Source of the DNA: Phoronis australis | Taxonomy: Eukaryota > Animalia > Phoronida | Reading direction: 5' to 3' | DNA length: 64,000 bases | NCBI GenBank assembly: GCA_002633005.1 | Contig: NMRA01000663.1 | Location: 100,388 to 164,387, forward strand | Shown here: one piece after another, positions 63,916 through 64,000 of the stretch | How the letters are laid out: every line of letters starts with the position of its first letter | Position numbering within the stretch: position 1 is the stretch's first letter | Program-made: the position numbers and the translations under genes | Notes under the pieces: generated by a model | The model's database searches: none | What the model was told of the DNA's origin: nothing | Seen by the model: only the letters and a program-made list of their open reading frames with translations

Positions 63916-64000
63916 GTAACCACTGGGGATTAAAATTTTAGAGAGAAGTTTTCAATTCAAAATTTTTTGCATAGTACACTTTAGGTCTCGCGACGGACCA

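Overview
This is AT-rich, intron-rich animal genomic DNA, most likely a marine invertebrate (inference), from a gapped assembly with several N junctions. Three protein-coding genes can be read directly. (1) The 5' five exons of a fatty-acid amide hydrolase (FAAH)-like gene lie on the minus strand and run off the left edge. (2) A complete 16-coding-exon LRRC6/DNAAF11 (tilB) dynein-assembly gene of 462 aa lies on the plus strand, head-to-head with FAAH. (3) A BTB-BACK-Kelch gene of 601 aa with a single coding exon lies on the minus strand. The rest is introns, UTRs and dense, often nested transposon debris: hAT-like elements with 5-, 6- and 8-bp TSDs, a Tx1/L1-clade LINE relic, a hAT transposase relic, Helentron-associated (HINE-like) repeats, Tc1/mariner and AcademH/MULE-like MITEs, and microsatellites. 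A 1.48-kb tandem duplication is probably an assembly artefact. The most notable observations are: a 3.0-kb CAC...GTG element with a 5-bp TSD (Transib/RAG-like signature) carrying convergent PHD-like and C2H2 zinc-finger relics; a repeat family whose ~145-bp monomers each carry a CTCF-like motif; a G-U-compatible 60-bp-arm hairpin in the LRRC6 3'UTR; a duplicated LRRC6 splice donor; and a CRE cluster at the probable Kelch-gene promoter. No intact novel system is demonstrable from sequence alone. All exon translations and alignments were done by eye.
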